From positions 1 through 28,752 of the IMG/VR virus record IMGVR_UViG_3300030106_002287: DNA of 28,752 bases, one strand, 5' to 3'. This document shows, piece by piece, positions 25,725 through 28,752 of the stretch. This DNA comes from a virus (taxonomy: Duplodnaviria; Caudoviricetes). The notes under the pieces are model-generated. The model did not search any database and was not told where the DNA came from. It worked only from the letters and a program-made list of their open reading frames with translations. The position numbers and the translations under genes are program-made. Numbering within the stretch: the stretch's first letter is position 1; each line of letters begins with the position of its first letter.

Positions 25725-26018
25725 ATGGATATACAAGGAATTATTATTAAAAAAACAGATTTAAAAACTGGCGAAAGTAAAAACGGTAAGAGCTGGAAAG
25801 TACAAAGCGTAGTAGTAGAAAGACAAGAGCAAGACTACAACAAAATAATATGCGTAGAGGCTTTTGGTGATAAAGTAGACGAACTAGACAACTTTGACAT
25901 AGGTGAAAATATTACAATAAAAGCAAACGTATTTAGCGAAGAGTATAACGGTAATTACTATAATAAAATAAGAGGTTGGCGTTTTGTTAAAGATACAAAC
26001 GACGATACGCCATTTTAA
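25725..26018 (+). CDS. DUF3127-like OB-fold ssDNA-binding protein
   Basis: GESKNGKSWK, FGDKVD, EYNGNYYN.I.GWR; acidic C-terminus DDTPF. Confidence 0.8.
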   Translation: MDIQGIIIKKTDLKTGESKNGKSWKVQSVVVERQEQDYNKIICVEAFGDKVDELDNFDIGENITIKANVFSEEYNGNYYNKIRGWRFVKDTNDDTPF

Positions 26019-26020
26019 TA

Positions 26021-26103
26021 TATAGGGGTGTAGTTATTGATAAACAACAACAAAATTAATTATTAACATAAATTAAATTTACTATAAAAGCTACACCCTT
26101 ATA
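26021..26103 (+). ncRNA. 15-bp stem with 53-nt A-rich loop (candidate structured RNA / regulatory leader)
   Basis: TATAGGGGTGTAGTT (26021-26035) pairs with AGCTACACCCTTATA (26089-26103) via two G-U pairs, favouring the plus-strand RNA. Confidence 0.5.
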
Positions 26104-26116
26104 AAAAAAATAAATT

Positions 26117-26635
26117 ATGAACGAATTACAAAAAATAGATAAAGTTTTAAATATTACAAGTCAAGTTTTTGAAATAGATCAAGACTTACTTAAAACAAAA
26201 AGTAGAAAGCAAAATGTTAATTTAGCTAGACAAATAGCGTGTGTGTTATCTATGAAACATTTAGGAGTACATAAGGTCAAAGTAGCTAAACGTGTTAAAA
26301 GAGATAGAACAAGTATGAATCACTATCTAACAAACCACAAAGATAATTACGACAACTGGAAACCTTACAGAGATAAATACGACGAAGTTTTTGCAAAGCT
26401 CATAAAAGGTAACAGAAAACGTAAAATTTTACATAAAAATAAATTTACTAATATTGTAAGCAAAATACAAACTACATATTGTGTAGCGCCTGACGTAACA
26501 ATAAAAATAACTTGCGGTAAATATAAACACGAGTTTTTTGTAGGTGTATTTAATTTTCAAAGAGATTTACTAACTATAAAAAAAGCCTTTGATAAATACG
26601 AATATAAAATAGATTATTATACTTATGAGGGATAA
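26117..26635 (+). CDS. DnaA domain-IV (Bac_DnaA_C)-like DNA-binding protein
   Basis: KSRKQNVNLARQIACVL...VAKRVKRDRTSMNH resembles the DnaA C-terminal R...ARQ...RDHTTV pattern. Confidence 0.7.
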   Translation: MNELQKIDKVLNITSQVFEIDQDLLKTKSRKQNVNLARQIACVLSMKHLGVHKVKVAKRVKRDRTSMNHYLTNHKDNYDNWKPYRDKYDEVFAKLIKGNRKRKILHKNKFTNIVSKIQTTYCVAPDVTIKITCGKYKHEFFVGVFNFQRDLLTIKKAFDKYEYKIDYYTYEG

Positions 26636-27218
26636 ACCAAACTATTGGGCTAATATACCAGCTGACGTTAGATACGATAAAAATTTAACACCTAACGCTA
26701 AGTTATTATATGCAGAAATAACCGCTTTACAACAAATGAACGGTGTTTGTCACGCTGGTACGCAGTATTTCGCAACCTTATATAATGTTTCTAAAACGTC
26801 TATACAAAACTGGCTTAAAATTTTAGAGGATAATAACCATATAACAAGGCACAAAATATATAAAGAGGGTACTAATCAAATATTGGCGAGGCACATAAAA
26901 TTGGTTAATAGACCTACACAAAATAATTTAAGAGATAATAATACAAGTAATAATAATAATACTACGTATAGTAACAAAAGGCGCTTTAAAAAACCTACTG
27001 TTAAAGATATTAAAGAATATTGTTTAGAACGTAATAATAATATTTGTGCAGATACATTTTATGATTTTTACGAAAGTAAGGACTGGAAAGTAGGAAAAAC
27101 AAAAATGAAATGTTGGAAAGCTAGTATAAGAACTTGGGAAAAAAGAGATAGTAAAAATAGCAAATCTAAAATTGACAACCATTTAGACGAATATTTAAAA
27201 GGTAAAAAATACTTATGA
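26625..27218 (+). CDS. phage replication initiator (N-terminal HTH, Asn-rich linker, C-terminal domain)
   Basis: IPADVRYDKNLTPNAKLLYAEITAL; FKKPT...FYDFYESKDW.VGK.KMK.WKA..RTWE. Confidence 0.75.
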   Translation: MRDKPNYWANIPADVRYDKNLTPNAKLLYAEITALQQMNGVCHAGTQYFATLYNVSKTSIQNWLKILEDNNHITRHKIYKEGTNQILARHIKLVNRPTQNNLRDNNTSNNNNTTYSNKRRFKKPTVKDIKEYCLERNNNICADTFYDFYESKDWKVGKTKMKCWKASIRTWEKRDSKNSKSKIDNHLDEYLKGKKYL

Positions 27219-27415
27219 AAATAAAAAACTACATAATAGAAGATATAAAACTAGAAGATTACCCTGATTTTAGTGACGCTTATTTAAGTTATGCAGAAGA
27301 CGTAAACGGTAAATCTATAAGCGAAAACGATTTAGAAAAGTGGGTTATAAATAATTACGATAAATTTTATCAAATGATATTAGAAAGTATATATGAAAAC
27401 ACTAAAAGATTATAA
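27215..27415 (+). CDS. hypothetical protein (66 aa)
   Basis: DYPDFSDAY motif; ATGA overlap. Confidence 0.7.
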   Translation: MKIKNYIIEDIKLEDYPDFSDAYLSYAEDVNGKSISENDLEKWVINNYDKFYQMILESIYENTKRL

Positions 27416-27764
27416 TATTAAAGAGCTCACTACAAAAGTATATGACTTTATAACAAGGGCTAACATAGAAATAGACGGTAAGTTAGACGGTAAAACAATA
27501 GCTGGGCAATCTAAATTTTTTGCAAAAGATTTACAAATAAAAAATAGTTTTAAAAATTTATATTTATATCAAATACGTGACGCTTTTTACGAGGGTGTTA
27601 GAGATGAACAAGAAGATAAATATATAAAGCTAAATATACCAACCTATTTTAGGTGGGTACGTAAACATAAAAATAGAATAGATCAAGCGTACTACAATGT
27701 ACATACTTTAAATGAAAAGCCTGATAAAGTGTCTTATTATGAACCTAAAAAATTACTTAAGTGA
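27393..27764 (+). CDS. hypothetical protein in the replication module (123 aa)
   Basis: Overlaps both neighbours; LNIPTYFRW motif. Confidence 0.7.
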   Translation: MKTLKDYNIKELTTKVYDFITRANIEIDGKLDGKTIAGQSKFFAKDLQIKNSFKNLYLYQIRDAFYEGVRDEQEDKYIKLNIPTYFRWVRKHKNRIDQAYYNVHTLNEKPDKVSYYEPKKLLK

Positions 27765-28441
27765 ATGTACTAGAATTGTTTGCTGGTAGTAGAAGTATAG
27801 GTAAAGTAGCAGAACAATTAAACTATAATGTATTTTCTATAGACATAAATAAATTTGATAATATAGATTTAGCAATAGATATATTACAATTAGATAACGA
27901 CACACTAATAAAAAAAATGTCTAAAAAAGGTATTAATAAGATAGATTTTATATGGGCTAGTCCACCTTGTACACATTTTAGCGTAACGCAAATTGGTAGA
28001 AATTGGAATTATGATAATACACCAAAAACAGAGGGAGCTGTACTTGGAATGAAACTTGTAAAAAAAACTTTAGAAATAATAAAATTTATAAAACCAAAAT
28101 TTTGGTATATAGAAAACCCACGTGGAAAATTAAGAAAATTAGATATAATGAAAGGTTTACCGCGTACAACAGTATGGTATTGTAAATATGGTGATAAAGT
28201 TGCAAAACCAACTGATATATGGAGTAATAACATATATTCTTTATTTAACCCTAATGGCTGGACACCGAGAGAAGAGTGTTTTAACGGAAATTTAAAATGT
28301 CATCACGATAAACAACCAAGAGGTTATCAAGCTAAAAAATTAAGTGGAGCTTTAGATAAAGGAACTCAAGGAAAAAAAAATAATTATGAAAGAAGTAAAG
28401 TACCGTATGAATTATGTTTAGAAATTTTAAAATCAATATAA
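27761..28441 (+). CDS. C5 cytosine DNA methyltransferase-like protein
   Basis: Motif I LELFAG, catalytic WASPPC, IENP; GTGA overlap start. Confidence 0.85.
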   Translation: MNVLELFAGSRSIGKVAEQLNYNVFSIDINKFDNIDLAIDILQLDNDTLIKKMSKKGINKIDFIWASPPCTHFSVTQIGRNWNYDNTPKTEGAVLGMKLVKKTLEIIKFIKPKFWYIENPRGKLRKLDIMKGLPRTTVWYCKYGDKVAKPTDIWSNNIYSLFNPNGWTPREECFNGNLKCHHDKQPRGYQAKKLSGALDKGTQGKKNNYERSKVPYELCLEILKSI

Positions 28442-28442
28442 T

Positions 28443-28752
28443 ATGAAACCAATAACAATTAAAGAACAAGAAGTAAAATCAGGGTCAGACGCCGTATTAT
28501 GGCACTTAAAAACTTATGGTAGTATAACAAGCTATGAGGCAATTAAAGAGTATGGCGCTACAAGATTAGCTAGTATAATATTTAAACATAGACAAAAAGG
28601 CTATGATATAAATACAATACCTTTAAAGAAAAAAACAAGATTTGGTACAACAACCACAATAGCTAAATATACATATAGCCCACCAAGTACACATAATATA
28701 AAGTTAAGTTGCGAATTACCTCAAAAATCTACTAGACCATATATTATAGGTA
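28443..28752 (+). CDS. winged-helix HTH protein, 3'-truncated by window edge
   Basis: VLWHLKTYGSITSYEAIKEYGATRLASIIFKHR..GY.I pattern; no stop within the window. Confidence 0.7.
   Translation, partial: MKPITIKEQEVKSGSDAVLWHLKTYGSITSYEAIKEYGATRLASIIFKHRQKGYDINTIPLKKKTRFGTTTTIAKYTYSPPSTHNIKLSCELPQKSTRPYIIG

Noticed and set aside
26920-26975. AAT-rich linker in the initiator gene as an iteron origin
   Set aside because: Position is lambda-O-like, but I see only low-complexity AAT repeats and no distinct iterons.
1247-28233. Other short minus-strand ORFs in the track (except 4268-4501 and 4647-4868)
   Set aside because: They lie opposite plus-strand genes and lack promoters or recognisable motifs.

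Overview
AT-rich, nearly all plus-strand, probably near-complete genome of a tailed dsDNA phage (siphovirus-like) of a Bacteroidetes host, most likely marine Flavobacteriia. Host assignment rests on TTTG-N19-TAnnTTTG promoters, A-rich start regions without Shine-Dalgarno, and a DUF3127-type SSB. Gene order: NinG (cut at left edge), ECF-like sigma factor, small genes, NinB, terminase, two reverse-strand promoter+small-gene cassettes, frameshifting tail chaperone, tail completion/tip genes, short tape measure, XkdF-like protease, scaffold, major capsid, tail tube, LamG protein, extended portal, adaptor, lysis genes (M15A peptidase, holin-like), metallophosphoesterase, then an early/replication block (Sak-like recombinase, SSB, DnaA domain-IV-like protein, replication initiator, C5 methyltransferase, HTH protein cut at right edge). 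I saw no integrase, tRNA, CRISPR array or reverse transcriptase. The most interesting signals are non-coding: two long-stem, big-loop hairpins whose loops match translation-start regions of other phage genes (one antisense, one sense); DnaA-box-like motifs at fixed spacing from host-type promoters; a CAAAT-N13-TTCTA late promoter family with apparently leaderless genes; and a terminase lacking an ATG/GTG/TTG start. All family assignments are from motif recognition by eye, not database searches.
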